A DNA stretch of 64,000 nt from Chamaesiphon sp. (GCA_965246715.1 CBDFFH010000014.1:1-64000); one strand, 5' to 3'; shown: positions 42,079-53,462, numbered from the stretch's first letter. A program made the numbers and translations. The notes: generated from the letters alone by a model not told the origin.

Positions 42079-43197
42079 TTATCCCCCAAAAGCAGTTGGG
42101 AAGGCTAATTTGAGCGCAGCAGTGAGCAGTAGATTGGCTAAGGCGACGGGGAGTAAAAATTTCCAACCAAGATCGAGCAATTGGTCGATCCGCACGCGGG
42201 GAACAGTCCAACGGGTCAGAATGGCGAGGAAGACCAAGAAATATGCTTTCAGGACGGTCATCGCAATCCCTAACGAGGCATCGACTACTTGTACCCACGA
42301 AGTGGCAGGATCGACATGGAATAAATTACTAATTAACTCGATCGGAATCGGACTCGACCAACCACCTAGATAGAGAACCGCAACTAAGAGTGCAGATAAT
42401 ACTAGGTTAACGTAGGAACCCACGTAGAACAGCGCAAATTTCATTCCGGCATATTCAGTTTGATAGCCCGCTACCAACTCTTCCTCAGCCTCTGGGAGGT
42501 CGAAGGGCAGTCGTTCGCACTCAGCCAAAGCTGAAATCCAGAAAATCACAAAGCCAACTGGTTGTCGCCAGATATTCCAAGATAAAATTCCATAGCCCGA
42601 CTGTTGCTGGACGATATCGATCGTACTCAGACTATTGGACATCATCACGATCGCCAGTACCGACAACGCTAACGGGATCTCGTAACTGATCGACTGAGCC
42701 GCAGCGCGCAATCCACCGATCAGCGAATATTTATTATTTGATGAATACCCCGCCATCAACAACCCGATCGGCACGATACTAGATAAGGCAATCCATAAAA
42801 ATACTCCGGTATTGATATCGGTAATCACCAAATCCTGACCGAATGGCACGATCAGATATGAGAGAAATACTGGCATCACGACCAAAACTGGCCCCATCGT
42901 GAAGAGATAGGGGTCAGCCTTGGCTGGCAAAATATCTTCTTTAAACACGAGCTTGAGACCGTCAGCAACTGGTTGCAGTACTCCCAAAGGCCCGGCATAT
43001 TCAGGGCCGATCCGTTGTTGGGCAGCAGCAGAGATTTTGCGTTCTAACCAAACATTGACCAGTACGCCTACCGTAGCACCGACGATCGTCAGTAGCATCG
43101 GAAACGGCATCCACAGCACTTTTGCTAGTTCCGCTGAGATCCCGAGGTCACTGAGGGATTGGATAAAAGTTCCTTGGAGATCGATACCTGAATTCAT
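42079..43197 (-). CDS. ndhA: NDH-1 subunit 1
   Basis: [45 protein letters not shown]. Confidence 0.97.
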   Translation of the reverse strand: MNSGIDLQGTFIQSLSDLGISAELAKVLWMPFPMLLTIVGATVGVLVNVWLERKISAAAQQRIGPEYAGPLGVLQPVADGLKLVFKEDILPAKADPYLFTMGPVLVVMPVFLSYLIVPFGQDLVITDINTGVFLWIALSSIVPIGLLMAGYSSNNKYSLIGGLRAAAQSISYEIPLALSVLAIVMMSNSLSTIDIVQQQSGYGILSWNIWRQPVGFVIFWISALAECERLPFDLPEAEEELVAGYQTEYAGMKFALFYVGSYVNLVLSALLVAVLYLGGWSSPIPIELISNLFHVDPATSWVQVVDASLGIAMTVLKAYFLVFLAILTRWTVPRVRIDQLLDLGWKFLLPVALANLLLTAALKLAFPTAFGG

Positions 43198-43566
43198 ATG
43201 TCCCTTGGCTCTAGTTACGACAGCAACAGTTTATCTACGCGGTTGGCTCGGTTTTGGCGAACGGCAATTGCCACCGAGATAAATAAATTTAGTGCGGTTT
43301 TCTTTGCCTAGTATATCGCGGCATCGGTATCTGGCGATCGCCTTACCATTTGGCGGGCAATCTCAAACTTGCGATCTTAGAGACGATCCGTTCCAGCCCA
43401 CATTCCGCTAGTCTAAGCGATCGAAAAACAATTAAAACGCAGCCATAGGATCGTAGCGATTTTATTCTCAACAATCTAAGACTATTGAGAATGTCTCTAC
43501 AAATCTAGTTTGTCTTTATACTTTTAACAGTTGCTTAGTAAGCGAAATTCAAAGTGGATAATTTCC

Positions 43567-44490
43567 CTAGTTACTGGCAGATATTTGTTGAGCATAAATA
43601 TCGTGCGGCTCGATCCCAACTTGGTGAAGATGCCGATGAACCATTTGCAACCGTTGCTCCGCGATCGTCGCACGTTGTTCCGCGAGAACGTACTTTTCTT
43701 CTAGTTCTGTAGCTAGTTTAATTTGAGTTTGTAACTTATGCTCCAATTCTTTAATAATCTTCCAAGCCTGTGCTGCATCGATCGTGGACTGTTTTTGTTG
43801 AATTTTCTTGGCTAAATTTGCCGAAGATAGGTGTGAATTGAAATCGGCAATCGTTGCTGAATTTTTCTCTGACACTGCTGGGATAAATCCGACTTCAGTT
43901 TTGGTACTAGTAAGTACGGTAGAATTCTCCTGCATGATTTGAGCCAGCCAGAGTACTTTACTAGCTCGCTGGAGTACTAGTTGTCCGGCAATTGTTTTAA
44001 TCGTGAAAGTACCAGCATTGACAGTAATATTTTGAACTGGATACCAACTTCCTTTGAAGTTGACCAAAATATCCATGTTAAACCGCTGTTTATTTTGGAA
44101 TCTTTCGGTAGGCCACCATTTCTTCCATAAAATTGATGGGTCGGTATACCAAATCCGATAGCCAGCAGGTGTCACATAATGTTTGTATTCGGTAAAACCT
44201 TCACGACTAGCATCACCAAACATCACGAAATCTAACTCGATTGCAATCCGCTCGATGATTTCCGCGAAGGTAGAGGTTTTTTTGACAATTATGTTTCTCG
44301 GCTTATTTTGGAGATACATAATCGCGATCGTGTCCCCGTTTCGCGTCATCAATTGCGACACCCCGCCAGTTACTTCGATCCGCAGGTGCTCGCTCGCTAG
44401 CAGTCGATCGCTACCTTGGACAAACTTTTCAATAAGTTTGTTATCATCAAGTTCAAAAATATTAGACATCTGCGATCGCTCACCAATCAT
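43567..44490 (-). CDS. hypothetical protein with C-terminal coiled coil
   Basis: Long ORF; heptad-rich C-terminus. Confidence 0.7.
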   Translation of the reverse strand: MIGERSQMSNIFELDDNKLIEKFVQGSDRLLASEHLRIEVTGGVSQLMTRNGDTIAIMYLQNKPRNIIVKKTSTFAEIIERIAIELDFVMFGDASREGFTEYKHYVTPAGYRIWYTDPSILWKKWWPTERFQNKQRFNMDILVNFKGSWYPVQNITVNAGTFTIKTIAGQLVLQRASKVLWLAQIMQENSTVLTSTKTEVGFIPAVSEKNSATIADFNSHLSSANLAKKIQQKQSTIDAAQAWKIIKELEHKLQTQIKLATELEEKYVLAEQRATIAEQRLQMVHRHLHQVGIEPHDIYAQQISASN

Positions 44491-44980
44491 ATTAGTTAAT
44501 GTGTTAAAGCTATAGAAATAAATAGTTTGAATGTTCGGCTCGTAAGGATCGCTCGATAAAAATCTAAATAACAACGCAATGATTTACTTATTATCGATTA
44601 AAGTAGCGACCGTTTTAGATTTGGTGATGGCGATGCGATCGAGATCGCTAAACTAGTACGATCTGGTACGGCAATCGTCATTGTGTAAATCGATCGTACT
44701 CGAGGATCGATTCGATTCGTATCCGACAAAAGTATTAAATTACACTCGAGAAATCTACCTTTGTCCGTATGAATGGATGGCGGCAATAAATGTGTGATTT
44801 ACTGTTGCCATCTTTCATCTTGCTAAGGTATGTAGTTACCCAAGCGAGTTTTCTAGAATCATAGCAAATTGTGCAATGAAATCTCGTTAGCGATGCTCAT
44901 CCAGATCGGATATACCAACAGGATTAAATTATAATAGCGGCAACGCTCGATCTATCGCTCATTTCTATCTAATCGCTAAT

Positions 44981-45286
44981 ATGATTCCTGGTGAAATTCT
45001 GACCCAAGCTGGCGAAATCGAACTAAATATCGGTCGCCCAACGCTGACACTCGCAGTCGCAAATACTGGAGATCGACCGATTCAAGTTGGTTCCCATTAT
45101 CACTTCTATGAAGTTAATGCTGCATTGAACTTCGATCGCGCAGCGACTAGAGGGATGCGACTGGACATCCCCGCTGGCACTGCTGTCAGATTCGAGCCAG
45201 GAGATGAGAAAGAAGTCCAGCTAGTCGCTGTTGCTGGCAGCCGCGAAATCTACGGTTTTAATGCCCGAGTCGAGGGTAAGCTCTAG
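44981..45286 (+). CDS. ureB: urease subunit beta (stand-alone)
   Basis: [35 protein letters not shown]. Confidence 0.96.
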   Translation: MIPGEILTQAGEIELNIGRPTLTLAVANTGDRPIQVGSHYHFYEVNAALNFDRAATRGMRLDIPAGTAVRFEPGDEKEVQLVAVAGSREIYGFNARVEGKL

Positions 45287-45311
45287 GATCGTGTGCCGGA
45301 GAGGTAAATGA

Positions 45312-45676
45312 ACGTCAGTTCGGGATAAGGACTTCAGATTAACGACTCCTGGCTTCGTTTCGGAACCGCACCCAATCCACGAACCCCACCCACAGATCGA
45401 TTCCCATTGCGAAGCTAATGCGAAGCGCGCTACGCTGCCAACAGATCGACCCTTGTGCAGGGGAGTTTGAGGGGCGGCACCCGGAAGCTTCGCATCCTGC
45501 TCCTCAACGGGGGGTCTGGGGGTCGGAGCGGTGCGCACTCGTCGGGTCTCCCGACGTAAAAAGCGCAACAAGACAACCCCCAGGACCAGGTTCTGCCCCC
45601 ATCAGTAAAACTCGCAGCCCACAAATATATACCGCTTGCTGCTTCGCTTTGAACAGATCTTATCCCGAACTCACGT
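45312..45676 (+). mobile_element. IS982-like MITE (365 bp) with a nested 48-nt hairpin element at 45527-45574
   Basis: TIRs ACGTCAGTTCGGGATAAG / CTTATCCCGAACTCACGT; 7-bp TSD TAAATGA at 45305-45311 and 45677-45683. Confidence 0.85.
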
Positions 45677-45685
45677 TAAATGACA

Positions 45686-46165
45686 TTAATTACGCTCCAC
45701 AAAGGCAAACTCGATCCCTCGCGCCTCGACATCGGCAAGAATGCGATCGTATGCCTCTAAATCCCACAACGCCCACTCAACCTTAGCTTCAGCAGATGCA
45801 CCCGCTAAAATGTGTGGATTGGTAGCCAGAAATTCCTTCAGGCTGTGGATTGTTTGCCTTGCCACCGTCGGCTCATGCCAGCGTGGCTGTTCTTTGAGAA
45901 TGGAAATTTCGGCTCGCATCGCAGAAGCTAGTACTGCATTTGCTTCAGCCTCAGCTTCTTTGAGCAGTTTCGTGTAACCTTGCGGATCTTTGTAAATGAA
46001 GCGATCGATTCCAGTTACACCTAATTTTTGGGCGATTCGATCGAGCTGGTTTAATAATAGCGGTACTGTCGAACCATAAACCAGTCCATCTTTGCGATCG
46101 CCCATTGTTGCTGGGAGTGGAGCGATGCCGCCGTGTTTGAGTTCGATTGTCAGCCAGTATGCCAT
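45686..46165 (-). CDS. hypothetical protein
   Basis: 159-aa ORF with ATG start and plausible composition. Confidence 0.65.
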   Translation of the reverse strand: MAYWLTIELKHGGIAPLPATMGDRKDGLVYGSTVPLLLNQLDRIAQKLGVTGIDRFIYKDPQGYTKLLKEAEAEANAVLASAMRAEISILKEQPRWHEPTVARQTIHSLKEFLATNPHILAGASAEAKVEWALWDLEAYDRILADVEARGIEFAFVERN

Positions 46166-46415
46166 GAAATTCCCTATCTATCACCGTAAGACTAGAGTAC
46201 CCATCCGAATTCTCAAAAATCAGTTTTGGTAATTTAGGCAGTATGGAGATCGAGATCGATAAGATTTGCTAATTAATGGAACAGGATGCTGCTCGATCTC
46301 ATCGAGGCAAGTGTACCGATCGAGTACCAGAATTCCATTTAAGTAGATTTAAAAGAGTTAAGGGATGAAACTGCAGTTTCATCCCTTTTTTCCACTCGAT
46401 CGAGCTAATGTGGAT

Positions 46416-47120
46416 TTATTCGCTAACGACTTTGACACTAGTGCCAACTTTAACCAATTGGTACAACGCTTTGACATCTCGATTGTACATCCGCACACAA
46501 CCATGAGAGGCGGCGGTGCCGATCGATTTGAGATTTGGCGTACCATGAAAACCGATAACATCTTGCCCATCAGTCCAAAACCCAATCCACCGCGCCCCGA
46601 GAATATTTTCGGCTCTGGGCGAGAAGACTTGTCCGGTTTTAAAACTAGTCCAAGATGGATTTTTGATTTTTTCTAATACTTGCCATTCGCCTGTCGGAGT
46701 TTCCCAACCCTTTTTACCGATCGCGACTGGATATTTAGCAATCAGTTTATCGCCCTTATAGACATAAACTCGCTTGTCTTTGAGATTGATTGTGAGATTG
46801 ACAACCGTTTCAACTGGCTCCTGAGTGGGATTAACCGTAGAAACCGGGGGTTTGGCTGGCAGCTGTTTAGGGGTAGTGGGGAGTGGCGTAGTTCCAGGTG
46901 CTGGCTTGACTCCTGTTGGCATACCCTGAGCTGGCGCAACTGGTTGTCTGTTTGTGTCTGGAGTTGCTAGCTTGACGGTACTTGGCGGGGAATTGAGTTG
47001 CGATCGGCGGATGGGTGTTGATGCCCGAGCGTTGAGCTGGGTTGGTATTGTCACTAGTACAGTTACCAGCACCAATGCAGCTTTAAAAGATAAAAATTTT
47101 GCAGGTTGAGACATTGTCAA
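46416..47120 (-). CDS. L,D-transpeptidase (YkuD family)
   Basis: YPVAIGK..WETPTG, IGFHGT, ASHGCVRM. Confidence 0.92.
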   Translation of the reverse strand: MTMSQPAKFLSFKAALVLVTVLVTIPTQLNARASTPIRRSQLNSPPSTVKLATPDTNRQPVAPAQGMPTGVKPAPGTTPLPTTPKQLPAKPPVSTVNPTQEPVETVVNLTINLKDKRVYVYKGDKLIAKYPVAIGKKGWETPTGEWQVLEKIKNPSWTSFKTGQVFSPRAENILGARWIGFWTDGQDVIGFHGTPNLKSIGTAASHGCVRMYNRDVKALYQLVKVGTSVKVVSE

Positions 47121-47201
47121 ACTCGATCGACCTTAATATTGAGTTGTGGTGATATGGATAGTCAAAGATATTTTACCCATCGCAGTTGCGATTTCCGGCA
47201 C

Positions 47202-48494
47202 CTATAGCTCGCAATTCGATCGCGATTTTGAGTCCAGTTGCCAATGGGATAAACACATCCTAACGCCAAGCTGGAGTTCTGGGGTGAGATCCGATCGCGC
47301 TGCTAATTGCAATATTTCAGCAGGAATCGTTGGTGAGATTTTTGAGATGGCGGCGATGGTGTAAAGTTTGACGCGATCGTCTGGATCTCCCAACAGCTGG
47401 ATGAGTTCTGGGACGCTGTTAATCTCACCCAAGTTCCCCAACGATCCGGCGATCTCTTGTTTGACGCTTGCTGACAGACCGGCAATATTGGCATGTAAGT
47501 AAGCTGCGAGTAATTGACTGGCATAACAGCGCTCTCGCTCGGTATTGCCGATACTGGTAACGATTTCTCCCCTCATCGCTGGTGGGGCCGTAACCAAGGC
47601 TGCGACCAAGCAATCGAGTGCCGCGCAGGTACCAATCCAGCCCAAGGCGAGAATAACTTGCGACTGCAACGGTGTGGGAGTCCGATCGGCTACCAATACT
47701 TCGGCTAAAACTGTTACAGCATATGGATCTGGCAATCGGGACAACCCCAAGGCGGTCGCCCCACAAACTGCCAAATTTAGATCGAATAATAGTGGCTGGA
47801 GCTGGCGGACGAGATCTAATTCTACTGTCAGATCGCTCCGCAGACTCAGCGCAGTTACCGCCGCTTGGCGGACGCTAGCAGCGGTATCGGTTAGTTTTGT
47901 CAATAGCAGTGGGGGAATGCGCGGATCGTGGAAACTGCCCAGCGCTTCGACGGTGAGCGTCCGCACCTGTGGATCGGGATGCTGGAGGGTACGACTGAGC
48001 GGCTCGATTGTTTGTGAGTGGCGGATTTGTGCCAATGCTGTCACCGCGATCGCACAATCTGAAGTAGTTAATAATTCTGTTAAGGCGGTAATCGCCGAAG
48101 TGCCGATTTTTGCTAGCGCGCCAGTGGCGATCTCGCTCAGCTCTGGATCTTCACCCTGACGGATCGCCATCACTAATGCGGTGACTACATCCGATCGATC
48201 GAATTCACCCAAAATTCGCGCTACAAACCATCGCTCTTCGATCTCCACATCGGAGTCGTTGAGGAGATCTAACAGGGGTAGGATGGCAATTTCACCCAGC
48301 TTGGGCACGATTTTAGCAATCTCCCACTGTTGCTCGAAATCTCCGTCCATCAACACTTGTAGCGCTAAGCCCAAAACTTGCGCTCTTAGCGCTTCGTCGG
48401 CATCGAGCGGCATGTTTTGGATTGTGGCGATGACTTCCGCCCACATTCCCCGCTCTGCTGCGGCAATCGCTGGATCGATCGCGAACGATGACAT
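47202..48494 (-). CDS. HEAT-repeat (PBS-lyase-like) protein
   Basis: Repeated VR..A..ALG units. Confidence 0.85.
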   Translation of the reverse strand: MSSFAIDPAIAAAERGMWAEVIATIQNMPLDADEALRAQVLGLALQVLMDGDFEQQWEIAKIVPKLGEIAILPLLDLLNDSDVEIEERWFVARILGEFDRSDVVTALVMAIRQGEDPELSEIATGALAKIGTSAITALTELLTTSDCAIAVTALAQIRHSQTIEPLSRTLQHPDPQVRTLTVEALGSFHDPRIPPLLLTKLTDTAASVRQAAVTALSLRSDLTVELDLVRQLQPLLFDLNLAVCGATALGLSRLPDPYAVTVLAEVLVADRTPTPLQSQVILALGWIGTCAALDCLVAALVTAPPAMRGEIVTSIGNTERERCYASQLLAAYLHANIAGLSASVKQEIAGSLGNLGEINSVPELIQLLGDPDDRVKLYTIAAISKISPTIPAEILQLAARSDLTPELQLGVRMCLSHWQLDSKSRSNCEL

Positions 48495-48512
48495 ACAAGT
48501 TATTGGGGGTAT

Positions 48513-49601
48513 TTACTTAATTGCGATCGCGACTAGGACTAATAATGCTTCGATCGTGTAGAACACACCGACAACCTGCGTTTCCGTCCAACCGCTCAAT
48601 TCTAGATGATGGTGGATCGGAGCCATTTTAAACAGGCGCTTGCCCTTACCTTCAGCATCTTTAGTCGCCTTGTAATAACTTACCTGAGCGACAACCGATA
48701 GCGATTCTACCGCAAAGATCCCACTCAAAATAAATAACACCCAGAGGTGCTCCGTGAGAATTCCTACCGCCGCCAAAGCACCACCCAAAGCTAACGAACC
48801 AGTATCGCCCATGAAGACTTTGGCTTTATTGCGATTGTGGACGACAAAGCCGAGATAGCTACCGCTCAGACAAATGCAAAACACGGCTAAATTAGGTTCT
48901 TTGGACAAAATTACTGCGGCGAGTCCTGCCAAGGCGATTGCACCCGTCCCCCCAGCCAATCCATCGACCCCATCAGTGAGATTGGTCGCATTGCTCTCAG
49001 CCAAGAGCGCGAATACGCCCAGTCCCCAAAATAAGAAACCCAACGGTAAGACTACGTTAAACGGTAAATGAACGCTGGTAATTGCCATCCCACGACTGTA
49101 AAGCGCCCAGCCACAAAACGCGATCGCGATTGCGGCTTGCAGTAGCAGTTTACCTTTTGGCGTGAGACCTTCATTCTTCTTATTACTCAAACTCTTCCAA
49201 TCATCGACCCCACCGATCGCAAAATAGCCCAAACTCGCCATCGCTACCGCGAGCGCATCGGGGTTAAATTTCGTCCAGAGTAATCCGATCGCAATCCCGA
49301 GCGGTACCACAAACACACCACCCATCGTGGGGGTGCCAGCTTTCTTCAGATGCGCCTGTGGGCCATCTTCGCGAATGAATTGTCCCATTTTTAATTTTTG
49401 AAGCATGGGAATCGCCCAGTAACCGATCGCGGCAACTGCTGCTGTAGCTACTAAAAATGGTAATAGCAAAGAAGTAGTTACACTTTTGCCTTCATGCCAA
49501 TCCAACCACAAAATCGCTCCACTAAGTACCATCCCTAATAGGATCAGCAACCCAGTTCCGGTAGGATTAAAACCCCGTGTGGATACCGATTTACCCTCCA
49601 T
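48513..49601 (-). CDS. mraY: phospho-N-acetylmuramoyl-pentapeptide transferase
   Basis: KAGTPTMGG, NATNLTDGVDGL, VFMGDTGS, MAPIHHHLEL. Confidence 0.97.
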   Translation of the reverse strand: MEGKSVSTRGFNPTGTGLLILLGMVLSGAILWLDWHEGKSVTTSLLLPFLVATAAVAAIGYWAIPMLQKLKMGQFIREDGPQAHLKKAGTPTMGGVFVVPLGIAIGLLWTKFNPDALAVAMASLGYFAIGGVDDWKSLSNKKNEGLTPKGKLLLQAAIAIAFCGWALYSRGMAITSVHLPFNVVLPLGFLFWGLGVFALLAESNATNLTDGVDGLAGGTGAIALAGLAAVILSKEPNLAVFCICLSGSYLGFVVHNRNKAKVFMGDTGSLALGGALAAVGILTEHLWVLFILSGIFAVESLSVVAQVSYYKATKDAEGKGKRLFKMAPIHHHLELSGWTETQVVGVFYTIEALLVLVAIAIK

Positions 49602-49626
49602 CTATGTCTTCCTCCGAGGTAATTCG

Positions 49627-49650
49627 TTGGTGAAGCCTCTCTGAAAGAGA
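49627..49650 (-). repeat. 24-nt small dispersed repeat in CGAT^CG
   Basis: Plus strand CG|TTGGTGAAGCCTCTCTGAAAGAGA|ATCGC. Confidence 0.75.
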
Positions 49651-49755
49651 ATCGCTTACTGCCACCATTAATATCATCAGATCGACACCAGTTGCACAAA
49701 ATTTCGCAACAATTGCAACTTAGCGATCGCGCTTGCAATCGCAAATCAAAGTACG

Positions 49756-49789
49756 ATATCCCCGACTTCTGTAGAGAAATCGGGGATAT
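49756..49789. terminator. hairpin (REP-like or terminator) downstream of DUF3134-like gene
   Basis: ATATCCCCGA-CTTCTGTAGAGAAA-TCGGGGATAT. Confidence 0.5.
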
Positions 49790-49827
49790 ATCATCCTAAA
49801 TAATGACGGATGAGTCTAAGCTACGCT

Positions 49828-50082
49828 CTAAATTTCGTCAGCATCGTCACTATCATCACTATCTTCTTCTTCTTGATAGTCGCGATCGTCTTCAAATAGT
49901 TCTTCCTCTAGATTGGGTTGATCCAATGCAGAAATAGCGGGATCGCGCTCGTCGCGTTCGATCAGCCGACCTTGAGATTCCAGCCACTCTAAAATCGACG
50001 TATTGCGCTGAACGGCAATCACTGGCGCAGGTTCGTACCGGGGCTGTTGTTTTAAAGCTGGATTGTTAAACGTATCGGGCAT
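49828..50082 (-). CDS. DUF3134-like cyanobacterial protein
   Basis: NPAL..QPRYEPAPVI...SILEWLESQGRLIER; acidic tail. Confidence 0.75.
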   Translation of the reverse strand: MPDTFNNPALKQQPRYEPAPVIAVQRNTSILEWLESQGRLIERDERDPAISALDQPNLEEELFEDDRDYQEEEDSDDSDDADEI

Positions 50083-50170
50083 GATAAATCGATTGGCTCC
50101 AATTTCCTATAGTTTATCATTGTGGCTAGTAACTTGCGTAGATAATTAAATTATTAAGGTAGGGATATGT

Positions 50171-50761
50171 ATGCCTAAATCTAGACTGCTAGCTGCGATC
50201 GCGGGAAAAAATCGGGGGATACTTGCCACAGCTACCGATCGACAGGCGATCTTAGCCGCGATTACCGAATTAGAATCTCGCAATCCACACCCACGACCGT
50301 TGACGACTGCGGTAGATTTATTAGCTGGTAATTGGCGGCTACTATACACTAGCAGTCAAAGTTTGCTAGGGATCGATCGCATTCCGCTGCTGAATTTAGC
50401 AAATATTTATCAATGCATTCGCCCACTCACTAGTTCGATTTATAATATTGCCGAAGTTACGAGTTTGATTCCCGGCACTAGTGGTTTGGTCGCGATCGTG
50501 GCTGACTTTACCCCAGTCAATGAGTCTAGAGTAAACGTCCAGTTTAATCGCTCGCTGATCGGTTTTCAGGGATTAGTAAATTATTCAGATCCAGATCGAC
50601 TGATTGCGGCGATCGAAACCGGTCAAAAATTCACCGCGCTCGATCTAAAGATCGAGCGTCAAAATAAAGAACCCGCTTGGCTCGAAGTCACCTACCTCGA
50701 CGATACCCTCCGCATTGGGAGAGGGAACGAGGGGAATGTATTTGTATTAACAAAAATTTAG
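50171..50761 (+). CDS. PAP/fibrillin family protein
   Basis: NRGILA, GNWRLLYTS, WLEVTYLDDTLRIGRGNEGNVFVL. Confidence 0.92.
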   Translation: MPKSRLLAAIAGKNRGILATATDRQAILAAITELESRNPHPRPLTTAVDLLAGNWRLLYTSSQSLLGIDRIPLLNLANIYQCIRPLTSSIYNIAEVTSLIPGTSGLVAIVADFTPVNESRVNVQFNRSLIGFQGLVNYSDPDRLIAAIETGQKFTALDLKIERQNKEPAWLEVTYLDDTLRIGRGNEGNVFVLTKI

Positions 50762-50781
50762 AACTCATAACTCATAATTCA

Positions 50782-51573
50782 ATGCGTTTGTCTCAACGGC
50801 ATCTCAAAATTCTCGAAACTTGTCCGCGTCAATTCGAGCATTTGTATTTCGATCGATTGGCATTACCTGTTTCCCCGACCCAACAACTTAAAACTCAGTT
50901 GGGTAGTGATTTTCACCTTTTAATGCAACAGCGAGAATTGGGACTGCCGATCGAGCCAATTTTAGCGCGTGCGCCGCAACTCAATACTTGGATGCAGGCG
51001 ATTTTGACGGCAGCACCCGAATTATTTCAGTCCGACCCCCAAACTTGGCGCGAGAGCGAACATGTGCGAACGTTGGCGATTGCTGGCGCAGACAGTGATA
51101 ATTACTTGTTTACTGTTATCTATGACTTGGTAATTCTCAATCCCGATCGGGCAGATATCATCGACTGGAAAACTTACCCACTACCAAGATACAAAAAAGA
51201 CCTCGATCGCGATTGGCAAACGAGATTATATCTGTATCTTCTGGTCGAAACTAGCGATTATGCACCCAAACAGATTGCTTTTACCTATTGGTTTATTCAG
51301 TCTTCACCCCAACCAAAATCGGTCAGAATCGACTATACACTCAAGCAACATCAACAAACCAAGTCCGACCTCCAAACTTTATTAAGTAAATTATCGAACT
51401 GGTTGGATGCCTATCGCACTAACCGGGAACCTTTTCCACAAGTAGAACCGTCCACAGGCTTGTGCCAAAACTGCAATTTTGCGGTGCGGTGCGGTCGCGA
51501 ATCTCTAGCGCTAGCAGCGCCAACGGCTGTTCCAAGTCTCGAGCTAGTCGATATTCCGCTCATACCAATTTAA
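50782..51573 (+). CDS. PD-(D/E)XK nuclease family protein (RecB/Cas4-like)
   Basis: CPRQF, G..FH, YDLVI...IIDWKT, QTRLYLY, C-terminal CxxC...C. Confidence 0.85.
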   Translation: MRLSQRHLKILETCPRQFEHLYFDRLALPVSPTQQLKTQLGSDFHLLMQQRELGLPIEPILARAPQLNTWMQAILTAAPELFQSDPQTWRESEHVRTLAIAGADSDNYLFTVIYDLVILNPDRADIIDWKTYPLPRYKKDLDRDWQTRLYLYLLVETSDYAPKQIAFTYWFIQSSPQPKSVRIDYTLKQHQQTKSDLQTLLSKLSNWLDAYRTNREPFPQVEPSTGLCQNCNFAVRCGRESLALAAPTAVPSLELVDIPLIPI

Positions 51574-51837
51574 GTCGATCGGTGACAATTTCGATTCGGT
51601 TAGATTAAAATCGGAGTGGGCGCGATCGACTACCAAATTGAGTTAAGGTTTGCTAAGTTTGCTCTCATATACTCAATTAAACAGTAATAACCGTTTATAA
51701 AAGCTATTTATTTAAGCTACATTATTTAATACCCCGATACCGATCGCAGCAATTGACGCAGCCTCTCAGCAACGAGAATCGCTCGACACTAGCCATCGAA
51801 CTAGATTAACCTCCACTGCAATGCCACAATCGTTCCT

Positions 51838-53160
51838 ATGATGCAACCATCCACATTCCAAACTGTTTTGCGACATAAACTAGTTCGACGCGGAGCAATA
51901 TTTACTAGTGCGTGTTTGGCCACATGTTTACCTATTTACTCTAGTTCAGTCCTGGCAGCGTTTAAAGATAGTCCCAAAGCAACCGTGGATGAAGCTTGGC
52001 AAATTGTCAATCGGGAGTATGTAGACGGTACGTTTAACAAGTTAAACTGGCAAAAAGTCAGAATGGACTTGCTCAAACGCAACTATAGCAATCGCCAAGA
52101 GGCATATGTAGCGATTCGGGCGACTCTAAAGAAACTGGGCGACCCTTATACCCGCTTTATGGACCCAGTGCAGTTTCAATCCCTGAACAATCAAACCAGT
52201 GGCGAAATGTCTGGTGTCGGTATCCGCCTAGAATCCAATCCACGCACCCAGCAGCTCGTTGTTGCGGAAGCGATCGAAAATTCCCCGGCATCGAAAGCCG
52301 GAATCAAGACTGGTGATGCAATTGTCGCGATCGATGGTAAGTCTACCAAGAATATGACATTGGAAAATGCCATCAGTCTGATTCGCGGCGAAATCGGTAA
52401 ATCGATTACGCTCAAGATCGGACGAGCTAATACGAGTCCGTTTGATATCGCCCTCACTCGCGCTCAAATCGAGGTATCCTCGGTCTTTTCCGCAGTCAAG
52501 CAAGAAGGTAAGCTCAAAGTCGGTTATATCCGGCTTTCCGAATTTAGCTCCCACTCTTCCACTCAAATGGAAAAGGCGATCAAAGATCTCAATCGCCAAC
52601 AAGTCAATGCTTACGTCTTAGATATGCGTGGCAATCCTGGTGGATTACTCCAAGCCAGCGTCGAAATCGCGCGGATGTGGCTGGATAATGGCACGATCGT
52701 TAAAACAGTCGATCGTAAAGGTGGTAATGAAGATTTCCGCGCGGTTCAAGGCGCACTAACACAACTACCACTGGCTGTCCTCGTCGATGGTAATTCGGCT
52801 AGTGCCAGCGAGATTTTAGCAGGTGCGCTCAAAGATAATCGCCGCGCGCAAGTAGTCGGATCCCAAACCTTTGGTAAAGCTCTCGTCCAATCCGTCCACT
52901 CTCTATCTGACGGTTCGGGGATGGCCGTAACGGTCGCTCATTACTATACTCCCAACGGTACCGATATCGGCCACAAAGGAGTCACTCCTGACGTGAAGGT
53001 CGATCTCAACTGGTTGGAGCAAAAGAATCTCTCTGATACCCCAACGCTGCTAGGTAGCGCACAAGATCCCCAATATCAACAGGCAGTTTCGGTCTTACAA
53101 AATCGCCGTAATGCCGCTAACCAAAATACTGGTAAAACTCCTGCATTGAGTCGTAATTAA
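51838..53160 (+). CDS. ctpB: carboxyl-terminal processing protease (S41), CtpB-like
   Basis: DPYTRF, PDZ domain, LDMRGNPGGLL, SASASEI, TFGKA. Confidence 0.85.
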   Translation: MMQPSTFQTVLRHKLVRRGAIFTSACLATCLPIYSSSVLAAFKDSPKATVDEAWQIVNREYVDGTFNKLNWQKVRMDLLKRNYSNRQEAYVAIRATLKKLGDPYTRFMDPVQFQSLNNQTSGEMSGVGIRLESNPRTQQLVVAEAIENSPASKAGIKTGDAIVAIDGKSTKNMTLENAISLIRGEIGKSITLKIGRANTSPFDIALTRAQIEVSSVFSAVKQEGKLKVGYIRLSEFSSHSSTQMEKAIKDLNRQQVNAYVLDMRGNPGGLLQASVEIARMWLDNGTIVKTVDRKGGNEDFRAVQGALTQLPLAVLVDGNSASASEILAGALKDNRRAQVVGSQTFGKALVQSVHSLSDGSGMAVTVAHYYTPNGTDIGHKGVTPDVKVDLNWLEQKNLSDTPTLLGSAQDPQYQQAVSVLQNRRNAANQNTGKTPALSRN

Positions 53161-53206
53161 TTGTCAAGTAGAGACGTTCCAACGAGTCATCTCTACGATT
53201 TCGATG

Positions 53207-53235
53207 AAACCCCAACAAACTTTGTTGGGGTTTTT
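53207..53235 (+). terminator. intrinsic terminator after ctpB
   Basis: AAACCCCAACAAA-C-TTTGTTGGGGTTTTT. Confidence 0.75.
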
Positions 53236-53257
53236 ATGTAATTAGCTCTCGTGATAT

Positions 53258-53360
53258 CAATACTTCTCTGTTAATAACTGCTAGCGACTGAAGTCGCAGC
53301 TAGTGAAGCAAAGTCCGCCTACGCGGACTAAATAGTTTTTAGATTAACCGAGAAGTATTG
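53258..53360. mobile_element. 103-bp MITE (IS4-like ends) carrying one REP arm
   Basis: TIR CAATACTTCTC(T/G)GTTAAT; 10-bp TSD CTCGTGATAT at 53248-53257 and 53361-53370; interior GCGACTGAAGTCGC...AAAGTCCGCCTACGCGGACTAA. Confidence 0.85.
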
Positions 53361-53462
53361 CTCGTGATATATCATCACCCAAGCTATGCCTGGTGAGGAT
53401 GTGTTGCGAATTCTAGAAGCGGCTACAAAACGGGTTATGACAGATGCAGCTAAAAAAGCAGG

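Noticed and set aside
44981..45286. Solitary ureB
   Set aside because: Dispersed urease genes are common in cyanobacteria.
50782..51573. Cas4-like nuclease as part of a CRISPR system
   Set aside because: No other cas genes and no repeat-spacer array; it sits among housekeeping genes.
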